A DNA stretch of 64,000 nucleotides, taken from positions 46,500,001 to 46,564,000 of the forward strand of contig NC_043010.1 in assembly GCF_006345805.1 (NCBI RefSeq), given 5' to 3'. The notes under the pieces were generated by a model. That model was not told the origin of the DNA and did not search any database. It saw only the letters and a program-made list of their open reading frames with translations. The stretch comes from Octopus sinensis (Eukaryota). The position numbers were made by a program, and so were the translations under genes. Shown piece by piece: positions 1-11,626 of this stretch. Within the stretch, counting starts at the first letter, position 1. Each line of letters begins with the position of its first letter.

Positions 1-203
1 ATAAATTCAGACACATGTCGAGTGGCTGTTGTGCTATCATTTCACATAATAATTGTCACAACCCTCATCAATATCAATCAATATGATTGTCTTTATGATC
101 ATCATCATGATCAACAATATTGTTATCAATGGAATGTGGACTTCACAAGCCACTGTGCTAACAAACACTCTAGGCAAGAATATATTGAGGCCAGCCCTTA
201 TAT

Positions 204-431
204 CTATTTCTTTATTACCCACAAGGGGCTAAACACAGAGGGAACAAACAAGGACAGACATAGGTATTAAGTCGATTACATCGACGCCAGTTCGTAACTG
301 GTACTTAATTTATCGACCCCGAAAGGATGAAAGGCAAAGTTGACCCCGGCGGAATTTGAACTCACAACGTAACGCAGACGAAATACCGCTAAGCATTTCG
401 CCCGGCGTGCTAACGTTTCTGCCAGCTCGCC
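204..431 (-). mobile_element. tRNA-derived SINE family A, tail type A1
   Basis: Head ggcgagctggcagaaacgttag (A-box-like), gagttcaaattc (B-box-like), core cctttcatcctttcggggtcgataaa, tail agccccttgtgggtaataaagaaatag. Confidence 0.85.
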
Positions 432-689
432 GGTCCAATAATGGTGATCTGCCCTCAACCTTTCCATTGTTTCAATGACAAGACATTAAGACAAAATAAT
501 ATCTGAATGTGAAATAATAGACTGATAATTGAATTTTTGTCTTGACGGAATCACATCCATATTGAATTAATTATTCATGTTTTCTGTTATTCAGTTTTTT
601 TCAGGTAAACTAGAAACTAGAAAATTTATTATTGCTTAACAGAATTCAGTTTTTATTAGTATGTTTTGTAAGAAAAATAAATATTAAAA

Positions 690-1180
690 TATGTTAGGTG
701 TTAGGAAGGGCATCCAGCCATAGAAACCATGCCAAATCAGACTGGAACCTGGTGCAGCTCTCTGCATGCTAGCGTGGAAAGCTGACATTAAATGATGATG
801 ATAATGCATTAATTAAGCTGTTAATCATATCATCTGGCACCTGTGCCAGTGGAACATGAACAAAACATTCGAGCAAGGTCATTGCCAGTGCCGCTGGACT
901 GACTCCTGTGCATGTGGTACGTAAAAAACACCATTTGAGCATGGCCATTGCCAGTACCGCCAGACTGGCCCTCGTGCCGGTGACATGTAAAAGCACCCAC
1001 TACACTTTCAGAAAGGTATCCAGCTGTAGAAACTCTGCCAGATCAGATTGGAGCCTGGTACAGCCATCTGGTTCACCAGTCCTCAGTCAAATCGTCCAAC
1101 CCATGCTAGCATGGAAAGCGGACGTTAAACGATGATGACGATGATGATGATGATAATGATGATGATGATGACGACGCCGA
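690..1180 (+). mobile_element. Two 5'-truncated RTE-type 3' ends (family D) ending in (GAT)n
   Basis: ggaagggcatccagcc..catgctagcatggaaagcggacgttaaacgatgatg; the same tail follows an RTE ORF end at 3790-4285. Confidence 0.75.
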
Positions 1181-1185
1181 CGCCG

Positions 1186-1297
1186 TCATCATCATCATCA
1201 TCATCATCGTTTAACGTCCGCTTTCCATGCTAGCATGGGTTGGACGATTTGACTGAGGACTGGTGAACCAGATGGCTGCACCAGGCTCCAATCCGAT
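1186..1297 (-). mobile_element. Family D RTE-type 3' end, inverted relative to its neighbour
   Basis: Reverse complement of 1042-1150. Confidence 0.8.
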
Positions 1298-1490
1298 GAC
1301 GACGACGATGTGTATAAGCATTAATTTATGTGTATGTGTAGTCAGACTTGAACTTTCAAAGATTTATTGCAACAGCTTCAATGTACTTATTATCCACAAG
1401 TTCAGAATATAATTAAGTCAGGCACATGACTAGTAAATGTTGTTATAACACCATTTCACATAATTGTCACAATACTCATCAATATCAATT

Positions 1491-1700
1491 GATGGCAAGC
1501 TGAGAGAATTATTAACATGCCAGGCACAATGGTTAGTAGCATTTTGTCCATCTTTACATTCTGAGTACAAATGCCATCAAGGTCAACTTTGCCTTTCATC
1601 CTTTCAGGGTTGATAATATAAGTACCAGTTGATTACTGGAGTTGATGTAATCGATTTACCCCCATCCTCAGAATCACTGGCCTTGTGCCAAAATTTGGAA
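1491..1700 (+). mobile_element. SINE family A, tail type A2
   Basis: Same head and core as A1 but tail ggccttgtgccaaaattt. Confidence 0.75.
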
Positions 1701-3259
1701 TGAACAGCATTGTCTTTATAAGGATCATCATTGGAATTGTCATTGTTTTGTTGTCAATGGGATGTGGACTTCACAAGCCACTATGCAAGCAACCTCTCTC
1801 TAAAGAGTAACTGACTGAGGTCAAATGCTTATGATACCCATGATGTGTATAATACATATATCCTGGAAAATAACTTTCCAAATATAAGACAGATCACATA
1901 TTACTAATGAAAACAATTTTAAAATTAACAATTTTGTAAGGATTTAACTATAAGACACCCTTCTTCTCACCTTTTTTGTAAGAACACCTTTTGAAATAAT
2001 ACTTTTTATTCAAGTCAGAAAGGGTTTTTTTTCCCTACTTTTCTTGTTCTTTCCCATCTTGCAAATTATCTAAGCACCCAGTAAGAGTACTAACTGTAGA
2101 GAAATTGGTATTAGGAAGGGCCTCCAGCCATAGAAACCATGCTGAAGTTAATGTGGAGCATGATGCAGCCATGTGGTTCATCAGATGCTGTCAAACCATC
2201 CAACCCATACCAGCCTGGAAAATGAACATTAAATGATTATGCAATTTCTCTAATATTCATTCACTTGCCAATGTAGACCACAACAGCTTTCTTTGGATTT
2301 TACTGTTTAATAATTGACAAGTTTAGGGAAATTCTTAAGACCTTCATAGGTCGTTTTTGCCTTGGTTTTTGGTCTGAACAGAGAGTAAGGAGTGTACTAT
2401 CGATGAGACCTGATTTAATCAAGAACTTTTGTATATTACCTGCCAATCTCATTAGACACCTTATTTAGAGGAACACTAATATCCACTTACAATTAAGCAA
2501 AACTATCTTTAACTCTTAGCATTTAAATTGGCCATATCCAGCCCAAATATTCTACCTGTTTCATGTTGAAACTGGCCAGATTCACCCTCACACACCTACT
2601 CTATAATGTCATTCTAAAAATAAACAATTACATCTTCAAAACATTATAAAAATAATAATAATGAAATTATTGTATACAGTGCTCAGGTGCACCACAACTT
2701 GTCAGAAAGTGCGTATTATATGGTTAACTTTAAAAAGTGTGGATAAATAAGCATTGTATTTGATAAATTAATCTGAATGTTAGAGTTTAATCTATTCCTA
2801 TAATAAAGGGATTGCTGTTTAGTCTCAGGTCAGCTTTGATCAAGCAGTTCTGAGATTAAAGACATTCTAACGAAGACCATCCCATCTTACAGAAGTCTTG
2901 TAGATTGTTTGTTTAGGTACTATGTAGATTTTTGTATAGTCTCCCACATACATTCCAAAACATTTTATCAACTCCAATGGGATGAAAAGCAAAATTGATC
3001 CTGATAACATTTTAAACTAGGAACTGTGAGACATTGCTTAGTTTATTCATTTGTTTTATATCCATTTTACCATGCTAGTATAAGTTGGACTGAGACTTAT
3101 TTTGAGGCAGTATTTTTATGACCAGATGCCATTCCTTTTCTTAATTGCTACCGGTTTTCCAAGTAGGCAATATAATTTTATTCCACTGGCATTCAAAAGC
3201 ATACAGATGCAAGACATTGTTTACAGAGAATGTAAAGTTAAAATGGATGTTAAACGAAA

Positions 3260-3490
3260 TGATGAGGATGATTATGATGATGGCGGTTGTGATGATGATC
3301 ATGATGATGATGATGGAGGTGATGATGACGATGATGATGATCATCATCATCATCATCATCATGGAGGTAGTGGTGGCGATGATGATTATGATGATCATGA
3401 TGATGGAGGTGATGATGATCATAATCATGATGGAGGTGGTGATGATGATGATGATGATGGAGGTGGTGATAGTGATGATGATGATGTTGT
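3260..3490. repeat. Compound (GAT)n/(CAT)n/(GGT)n microsatellite
   Basis: Directly visible; source of the poly-D/H/M/I ORFs. Confidence 0.95.
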
Positions 3491-3789
3491 GAATATAACA
3501 TCACCATATTCTGCAAAGGCATGGAATATCGACACACACATGCACACTTGTACAATGGGCTTCCATACATTTCTGTTTAACAATTCTACTCCCAAGGACA
3601 TTGTCATTAGTAGAAGACACTGGTCCAAAGTGCCAAGTAGTGTAACAGAACCCCCTAAAAAATATGAAACATGGTTATGAAGCAAACTTTGCATCCTTGC
3701 AGCCATATCTGTACATCTACTCCAGTGGTTCTTAACCAGGGTCCATATAACCCTTGGGAGCCCATATAAGATTTTGTTATATAAAATTT

Positions 3790-4285
3790 ATGGATAAGGA
3801 CAGTTGCATAAAGAAGTGCCAAGCTCTAACTGTGGAGGGTACATGTGGAAGGGGTAGACTCAGGAAGACGTGGGACAAAGTGGTGAGAAAGGATCTTTGG
3901 ATGCTGGGCTTCACTGAGGAAATGACAGAGGACAGAGAGATATGACGATTTGCTGTACTTAAGACACATCAGCCTAAGTAAAATCCCTGTCTTACACACA
4001 TACAGGCTTGTTCTTCCAGGTGCCAGTGCCACTTAAAAAGCACCTGTGCTGGTATTGCGTTAACACACCTGTGCTGGTGCTGCATAAATGCACCCGTGCC
4101 AGTGTTGCATATAATGCACCCAGCACACCCTGTTGAGTGGTTGGCATTAGGAAGGGCATCCAGCCATAGAAACCATGCCACAACAGGCAATTGGAATCTT
4201 GACACCGCCTTGCTAGCCACCTCCATGTCAAACTATCCAACCCATGCCAGCATGGAAAGCAGACATTAAGCGATGATGATGATGT
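3790..4285 (+). mobile_element. RTE-clade LINE 3' fragment: ORF2 C-terminus plus 3' UTR with (GAT)n tail
   Basis: Peptide VEGTCGRGRLRKTWDKVVRKDLWMLGFTEEMTEDRE resembles the RTE C-terminal GKRGRGRPRKTW..DR..W motif and runs directly into the family D sequence. Confidence 0.8.
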
Positions 4286-4293
4286 ACAATAAA

Positions 4294-4520
4294 CTCTCTC
4301 TTTTGCTCTCTTTACTTGTTTCAGTCATTTGACTGCGGCCATGCTGGAGCACTGCCTTTAGGTCAAGCAAATCGACCCCAGGACTTATTCTTTGTAAGCC
4401 TAGTACTTATTCTATCGGTCTCTTTTGCCAAACCGCTAAGTTACGGGGACGTAAACACACCACCATTGGTTGTCAAGCAATGTTAGGGGGACAAACACAG
4501 ACACACAAACATCTACACAC

Positions 4521-4601
<81 letters not shown>

Positions 4602-4761
4602 GATGGGCTTCTTTCAGTTTCCATCTACCAATTCCACTCACAAGGCTTTGGTCTGCCCAAGGCTATAGTAGAAGACACTTGCCCAAGGTGCCATGCAGTG
4701 GGGATGAACCCGGAACTACGTGGTTGGTAAGCAAGCTACTTACCACACAGCCACTCCTGCA
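4294..4761 (-). mobile_element. CORE-type SINE family B (OR1-like) with internal microsatellite
   Basis: tRNA-like head gcaggagtggctgtgtggtaag..gggttcagtccc, CORE-like gcaccttgggcaagtg, tail gctccagcatggccgcagtcaaatgactgaaacaagtaaaagag. Confidence 0.85.
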
Positions 4762-5134
4762 CCTATTGGTCACATTTCTACAATATTATTGCATATTATA
4801 CACAAGGTTTAGGTTTTTCAGAGGTACAGCCCCCTAAAAATCCCCTGCGTATTATACTCAAGGGCAGACTGTACTTGAGGATTTACAGTATGTACGAGGT
4901 AACTGTTAATTTTTAGAATGGCATTGTTGGTTTGGTGTGAGAGACCAGATCTGATGAGTTTGAACACAGAACAGGTAGAATAATTTGACTGGATATGGCT
5001 GGTTTAAATGCTAAAGGGTTAAATTTTATGGAAGACTCAACTTTTGCATATAGAACAGGAATTTTTTTTTTTATGTGCATCTTATATGCTATCAAATGGA
5101 TTGATTATCTCTAACTGATGTCCTTTATATTAAA

Positions 5135-5515
5135 CTAGCAGTATCGCCCGGCGTTGCTCGGGTTTGTAAGGGAAATAACTATATAAGCATTTTTAGAGAG
5201 TTATAGCCAAAAAATAGCAAAAAAATGCATTAAAAATGGAAAAAAAATTATGGTAAATTTTTTTTTAAATCGTTGACTCATCGTAGACATTTTTAGAGAG
5301 TTACTTCCCTTATATAATAGCGAAAAAATGCATTAAAATGGAAAAAATGATGGTAATTTTTTTTTTAAATCGTAGACTCATCGTAGACGCGCGCTAATAC
5401 CCAGAAGGGCTCAATATGAATAACGACTATAAGATACTGCACCGCAAAATGTGGGAGTAGTTAGGAATCTAAATCGTAGGAGACAGACACACAACTTCTC
5501 CTTTATATATAAAGA
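5135..5515 (-). mobile_element. Non-autonomous Helitron, subfamily 1
   Basis: 5' TC (tctttatatataaag), 3' hairpin cccgagcaacgccggg then CTAG, inserted between A and T. Confidence 0.85.
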
Positions 5516-5702
5516 TAATACAAGACGCCATATTGCCCAAGTCACCACGGAAAAGATTATGGCACAAAATATGAAAATCTTTGTCTCATCCTCCTTATTT
5601 GCCTGACCTTGCTACATCTGACTGTCATCTTTTCGGGTCATTCCAACATTATTTTGAGGAAAACAGTTTATTAATCGCGAAGAGGTTAGAAATTATATTG
5701 AA

Positions 5703-6215
5703 CTAGCAGTATCGCCCGGCGTTGCTCGGGTTTGTAAGGGAAATAACTATATAAGCATTTTTAGAGAGTTACTTCCCTTATAGATGCCAATTCGGGCTTT
5801 CTTAGCCATTTCTGTTTTGGTGTCTTCAAGCCATGAAGTCGTTGTTCTAAAAGAACGCTGGTCTTCTTGACAACGCTTTACGATGTTGATTTCCTTACAC
5901 TCCCTTCCCCACAGCTTCTCGAGGGAGGGAAGAAGGGGGAGAAGCAAACAGGTGCATGTGTGATCATGGACGCCAACTCCGCCGCCATCGACACACAAAA
6001 AATTATGCATTAAAATTGAATAAAAAATGATGTTAAATTATTTTTAAAATCGTAGACTCATTGTAGACGCGCGCTAATACTCAGACGGGTTCGATATGAA
6101 TCACAACTATAAGATACCCGAATTTGGTTAAACTGCACTGCAAAATGTGGGAGTAGTTAGGAATCTAAATCAAAGGGGACAGACACTCACACAACTACAG
6201 TTTTATATATATAGA
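5703..6215 (-). mobile_element. Non-autonomous Helitron, subfamily 1, longer copy
   Basis: Same termini and A|T target as 5135-5515, with an extra internal segment. Confidence 0.85.
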
Positions 6216-6304
6216 TGTTTCAAAGTTGTATGCTTACCACTAATTTTGCAACATTAAAAAAAAAATAAAACGTTATGGAGCATTGTCCTGTCTGAGTAGA
6301 AAAT

Positions 6305-6708
6305 GTCTTTTAACTTTTATTTGTTTCGGTCATTACACTGAGAATTTTTCAGTTGAATGAATTGACCCCAATACTTATTTTTTCTTAACTCTGGTACTTA
6401 ATCTGTCAGTCTCTTTTGCTGAACTGCTAAGTTATAGGGACATATACACACCAACACCAGTTGTCAAGCAGTGGTTGGAGACAATCACAGACACAGAGAC
6501 ATCAACAGTCATACACAGACACGGAGACATACACATATATGTATGTATACATACACACACACACAACAGACTTCTTTCCACTCACAAGGCTTTGGTCAGC
6601 CCAAGGTTCAAGTAGAAGAAACTTGCCCAAAGTGCCATGCAATGGAACTGAACTTGGAATCATGGTTTGGAAGCAAACTTCTTACCACACAGTCATGCCT
6701 ATGCTTCT
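6305..6708 (-). mobile_element. SINE family B, diverged
   Basis: Head, CORE-like block and tail recognisable. Confidence 0.75.
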
Positions 6709-6987
6709 GACTTTTTGATATGATTTTTTGTTTTTCTAATCTTGTAAAGCCTTTGTGAGAACTTGAACTCCCTCAGTGTTGCAAAGTAATGAAATGCTCA
6801 CCTGTTACAGACATACAAAACCCTTGCCAACTCGTGAACAGAATTTCTATCGCCCCCTTGAAGTACAATTTTTCATTGCTAAATGGCATCTTCCACTGCG
6901 TGTCTGGTACCTTTAAGAAGATCAAGGGGTTGAAATAATAGTAGGTTATGAATTATAAACATTACATAATTGACTAAATAATATACC

Positions 6988-7216
6988 TATTTCTTTACTA
7001 CCCATAAGGGGCTAAACACAGAGGACAAACAAGGACAGACAAACAGATTAAGTCGGTTATATCGACCCCAGTGCGTAACTGGTACTTATTTAATCGACCC
7101 CAAAAGGATGAAAGGTAAAGTCGACCTTGGCAGAATTTGAACTCAGAACGTAGTGGCAGACGAAATACCGCTAAGCATTTCGTCCGGCATGCTAATGTTT
7201 CTGCCAGCTCGCCACC
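6988..7216 (-). mobile_element. Full-length SINE A1 with 20-bp target-site duplication
   Basis: TSD aattgactaaataatatacc at 6968-6987 and 7220-7239. Confidence 0.9.
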
Positions 7217-7249
7217 ATAAATTGACTAAATAATATACCATTAATTTAA

Positions 7250-7465
7250 GGTGACAAGCTGGCGGAATTGTTAGCAGGCTAGGCAAATTTCTTAGTAGCA
7301 TTTGGTTTGGCTTTACGTTCTGAGTTCAAATTCTGCTGAGGTCGACTTTACCTTTCATCCTTTCAGGGCCAATAAAATAAGTACTAGCCAAGAACTGGGA
7401 TCAGTGTAATTGATTTACCCATTTCCCCAAAATTGCTGGCCTTGTGTCAAAATCTGAAACCAATA
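7250..7465 (+). mobile_element. SINE A2
   Basis: Family A head and core with the A2 tail. Confidence 0.75.
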
Positions 7466-8010
7466 TAACATATTAATTCAACTACAGCTGCTATGTTGTA
7501 CCTTTAAACCAGATACATTACTTCCTTGTACTTAATGTATATAAAGAGACACAACTGTTGCTTTACAGTCAATGAGTTAGTCATAGAAAGGGTATTATGG
7601 TGTAACCTTGTTACAGAGAACAGGTGATATGGTCTAAAATCCCAGTATCACAAATGATATAATGCAACTGAGTTTTCCATCCCTGTACCTTTCCATTCAC
7701 TAATTGTGTTTCTGTGGCTAACCTCTCAGCTTCTAACTTAGCTTTTAATCTATTGTACAAGTAGTTTCCCCTTGATTGATTTGAGAAAGTGAACTGTTTT
7801 CTTCCGTTAGAATCGTTTGTAACAATATACTTTTCTATCTTGCCCTGTGTGGCTAATAAAGAAACATATCTTCCCTTTCTACAAATATTTTGAGAGTGGG
7901 TGCTTAGGGGCATTTTTTCCCATAATCACATTCTTTGTACCCTTTTTGTTTTTTTTAATCCTTATGTTTAGTTCTGTATTTCTGTCTGTATTATAATACA
8001 AACATTAATA

Positions 8011-8418
8011 GTGTAGGAGTGGCTGTGGAAAGTAGCTTGCTTACGAACCATATGGTTCCGGGTTCAGTCCCACTGTGTGGCACCTTGGGCAAGTGTTTTC
8101 TACTATAGCCTCGGGCCGACCAAAGCCTTGTGAGTGGATTTGGTAGACGGAAACTGAAAGAAGCCCATCGTATATATATGTGTGTGTGTGTGTGTAAATG
8201 TTTTTATGTGTCTGTGTTTGTCCCCTCCCCCAACATCGCTTGACAACCGATGCTGGTGTGTTTACGTCCCCATAACTTAGCAGTTCAGCAAAGGAGCCCG
8301 ATAGAATAAGTACTAGGCTTACAAAGAATAAGTCCTGGGGTCAATTTGCTCGACTAAAGGTTGTGCTCCAGCATGGCCGCAGTCAAATGACTGAAACAAG
8401 TAAAAGAGTAAAAGAGAG
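8011..8418 (+). mobile_element. SINE family B
   Basis: Full head-to-tail match. Confidence 0.85.
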
Positions 8419-8704
8419 TACTTGCAAATCCTTTATAAATGTACGTTCTATAAACCAAAACTGCCTTAGTAAGCAAATGTGAAGACTTAAATCAGAATAA
8501 AAGTGGATAGCTTGTATATAATTTATATGTTGGCTGAGGAAGGCACCGTATTATCATCATATCTGCCTTGACATGTAAATGTCTTAAATTTCAGCAATTG
8601 AGATTCTCCAACGTATCTTTAATTTCTGGCTAAACAAAATCACTTATGATTTTGGGGAAAGAACAAGCATCACAACAACCTCTTGTCTATAAAAACTGAG
8701 ACTC

Positions 8705-8762
<58 letters not shown>

Positions 8763-8994
8763 ATCCTTATTTAGAAGCACACAATATCCTTTGATCCTTT
8801 ACAGCGACAGATCACAAGTTTTTTTTTTTCATCATATGATATCTCTAATCTATTTTCATTATCTCATTGTTCCGAGCTAGCTTTGATGATTCTAGTTTTG
8901 ATATTAAGTATCAGTTTAATCAATATTAAGTATCAGTTTAATCAAGCACACGTTATTATCATCATCATTGTTGTTGTTATTATTATTATGTCAG

Positions 8995-9215
8995 TGAGTT
9001 GACAGAATCATTAGTGCACTGGACTAAATGCTTAGCGGTGTTTTACCCATCGCTACGTTCTGAGTCCAAATTCCACCAAGGTCGACTTTGCCTTTCATCC
9101 TCTCAAGGTCGATGAAATAAGTAAGGGTTGAGTACTGGAGCCAATGTAATCGACTTACCCCTTCCCCAAAATTGCTGGCCTTGTGCCAAATTTTAATACC
9201 ATTATTATTATTATT
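8995..9215 (+). mobile_element. SINE A2 ending in (ATT)n
   Basis: Family A core; tail ggccttgtgccaaattttaataccattattatt. Confidence 0.75.
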
Positions 9216-9631
9216 TTTCTATGTTTGACTTTTGCTTTATGTTTGTACAAGTTGGTTCCAAGCCTCACCCAGAGACCTCAAGAGACAACAGGTTGGAAGT
9301 TCACGTTGTTGTTATGCCTAGTGTGCCATATATTTGGGGGGGGGGTCCCTTTTATTATTATTGTTATTATTATTATTATTATTAATCAACTCCCAATAAT
9401 TAGTATAATAATAGGTCAACTATATTGTGGATGAGTTAATCAACTTACTCCTTCCACACATTGTATAGTCTTGTATCTTTATTGTCAATTTATTCAACCA
9501 ACAAAATCATTAGCCTTGTTCCTGAGTTAAAAATAATTATGATTATGATGGAAAGGAAGAGCATCATCAGTGTTCTTGTTGATTAGCCCCAGATAAAAGA
9601 TATTTATCTATCTAATGTATGGATCTATCTA

Positions 9632-9662
<31 letters not shown>

Positions 9663-9663
<1 letters not shown>

Positions 9664-10067
9664 CTCTTTACTCTTTTACTTGTTTCAGTCATTTGACTGC
9701 GGCCATGCTGGAGCACCACCTTTAATCGAGCAACTCGACCCCGGGACTTATTCTTTGTAAGCCCAGTACTTATTCTATCAGTCTCTTTTGCCGAGCCGCT
9801 AAGTGACGGGGACATAAAGACACCAGCATCGGTTGTCAAGCAATGCTAGGGGGACAAACACAAACATACACGCACACACACATATACATATATATACATA
9901 TATACGACGGGCTTCTTTCAGTTTCCCTCTACCAAATCCACTCACAAGGCTTTGGTCGGCCCGAGGCTATAGTAGAAGACACTTGCCCAAGGTGCCACGC
10001 AGTGGGACTGAACCCAGTACCATATGGTTGGTAAACAAGCTACTTACCACACAGCCACTCCTGCGCC
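9663..10067 (-). mobile_element. SINE family B, near-consensus
   Basis: Full match, flanked by (TA)n. Confidence 0.85.
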
Positions 10068-10119
<52 letters not shown>

Positions 10120-10595
10120 TAATCATAATAAAATGACAATAAAAGAATGAGACTTCAATATAATAAAAATAGAGGAATTTATATATATATATATATATAT
10201 CAGTGGGCTAAAGTGAAGGCATTTGAAAGAAAAGATACACCTAAATATAATTTGTAGAACTTTATACATGCTGGATTTCGGTTGAGCGTTCTGAATCTAG
10301 TTCTGGAAATTGTGTTTTGTAACTGACAGACTATGCTGATGATCTTGCAGATGTTTGCATGTCCATATATGTAAATATTTACAAGTGAAACCAATGGTAC
10401 ATAGGTAATCGTTTTTTATTTCGTATATTTTCATTTATCTTGCATTTTTTTTACATTTTGGTTTCTTGCTGAGATTTTTTATCTTGGGAACACATTCTTC
10501 ATGGTTATGGCGATTTGACGTCTGTGTTTAGCATATAGGCTGTCCATTTTTAGTGTCCTCTAAATTTTGTATGTAACACAATTTTTATCTTCAGA

Positions 10596-10723
10596 TATTA
10601 CATGTTTTTTTACATCATATATCATATATTAGCACTTTCATCCATTCTAGTGGAGTTTTCAATTTGAAAACTCCACTAGAATGGAAAGAAACGTTAATAT
10701 ATGATGTAAAAAAACGTGTAATA
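10596..10723. repeat. Fold-back element with a perfect 22-bp inner palindrome
   Basis: tccattctagtggagttttcaa-t-ttgaaaactccactagaatgga (10641-10685) plus outer imperfect arms. Confidence 0.9.
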
Positions 10724-11236
10724 TACAAATAAATATCTGTAAATATAAAACCATCCGAATTTCTGAGTACCTCATTTCTTCTAATATAAAATACCTGTAC
10801 ATCATCTCCAAACTTTCTAATATATATATATACTCACACAGTTGTGGATATGTGATAAGAAGCTTGCTTCCCAGTCACATGATTCTGGGTTCAGTCCCAC
10901 CGCATGGCACCTTAAGCAAGTCTCTTCTACTATAGCCTCAGGCCAACCAAAGCCTTGTGAGTAGCTTTGGTAGGCAGAAACTGAAAAAAAACCATTATAT
11001 ACATACATGTTTCCATAACCTAGCAGTTCAACAAAAGAGATGAATAAAATAAGTACTAGGCTTAAAGAAAAGTACTGCAGTGGATTCATTTGACTGGAAA
11101 AGTTCAAGTTGTTTCCCCAGCACAACCACAGTCTAATGACTGAAACAAAACATAAAACATACAAAGAATGAATGGTAATGTGTATGTGTACATATATGTG
11201 TGTGTGTGTGTATACATATGTGTGTGTGTGTGTATA

Positions 11237-11626
11237 TCTCTATATATAAAGCTTAAGTTGTCTGTGTATGGCAGGTTTGGTAGCCTTCAACTAACACGAT
11301 CTCCTCCAAGACCCTGTGGTGCAAGTTGACCAAAATTGAGAGTACGATAGAAGAACGCTTGCTCTTCCTTCCGTAGAAGAAAAAATTCAAATCGAACCAT
11401 GTTAACACCAAAAATTATTTACATCAAAAAGGTGCTTTTTTTCTATGAAAATCCCTATTTTTTACGATTTTTTAACTACTGTGTCACCATTTTTCGGTGT
11501 ATTTCAACCAGAAAAATGTTCACTTCAAGAGAATAACAAGCTACATAATGCAAAATTTTTACTTTTCAAAAATTCCAATTCTAAAGGGTCGAAACAAACC
11601 AGAGCAATGCCGGGCAATACTGTTAG
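11237..11626 (+). mobile_element. Non-autonomous Helitron, subfamily 2, decayed ends
   Basis: 5' a|tctctatatataaag; 3' ccagagcaatgccgggcaatactgttag. Confidence 0.75.

Noticed and set aside
3102-3706. ORFs of 93-192 aa rich in D, H, M and I
   Set aside because: Translations of a (GAT)n/(CAT)n microsatellite.
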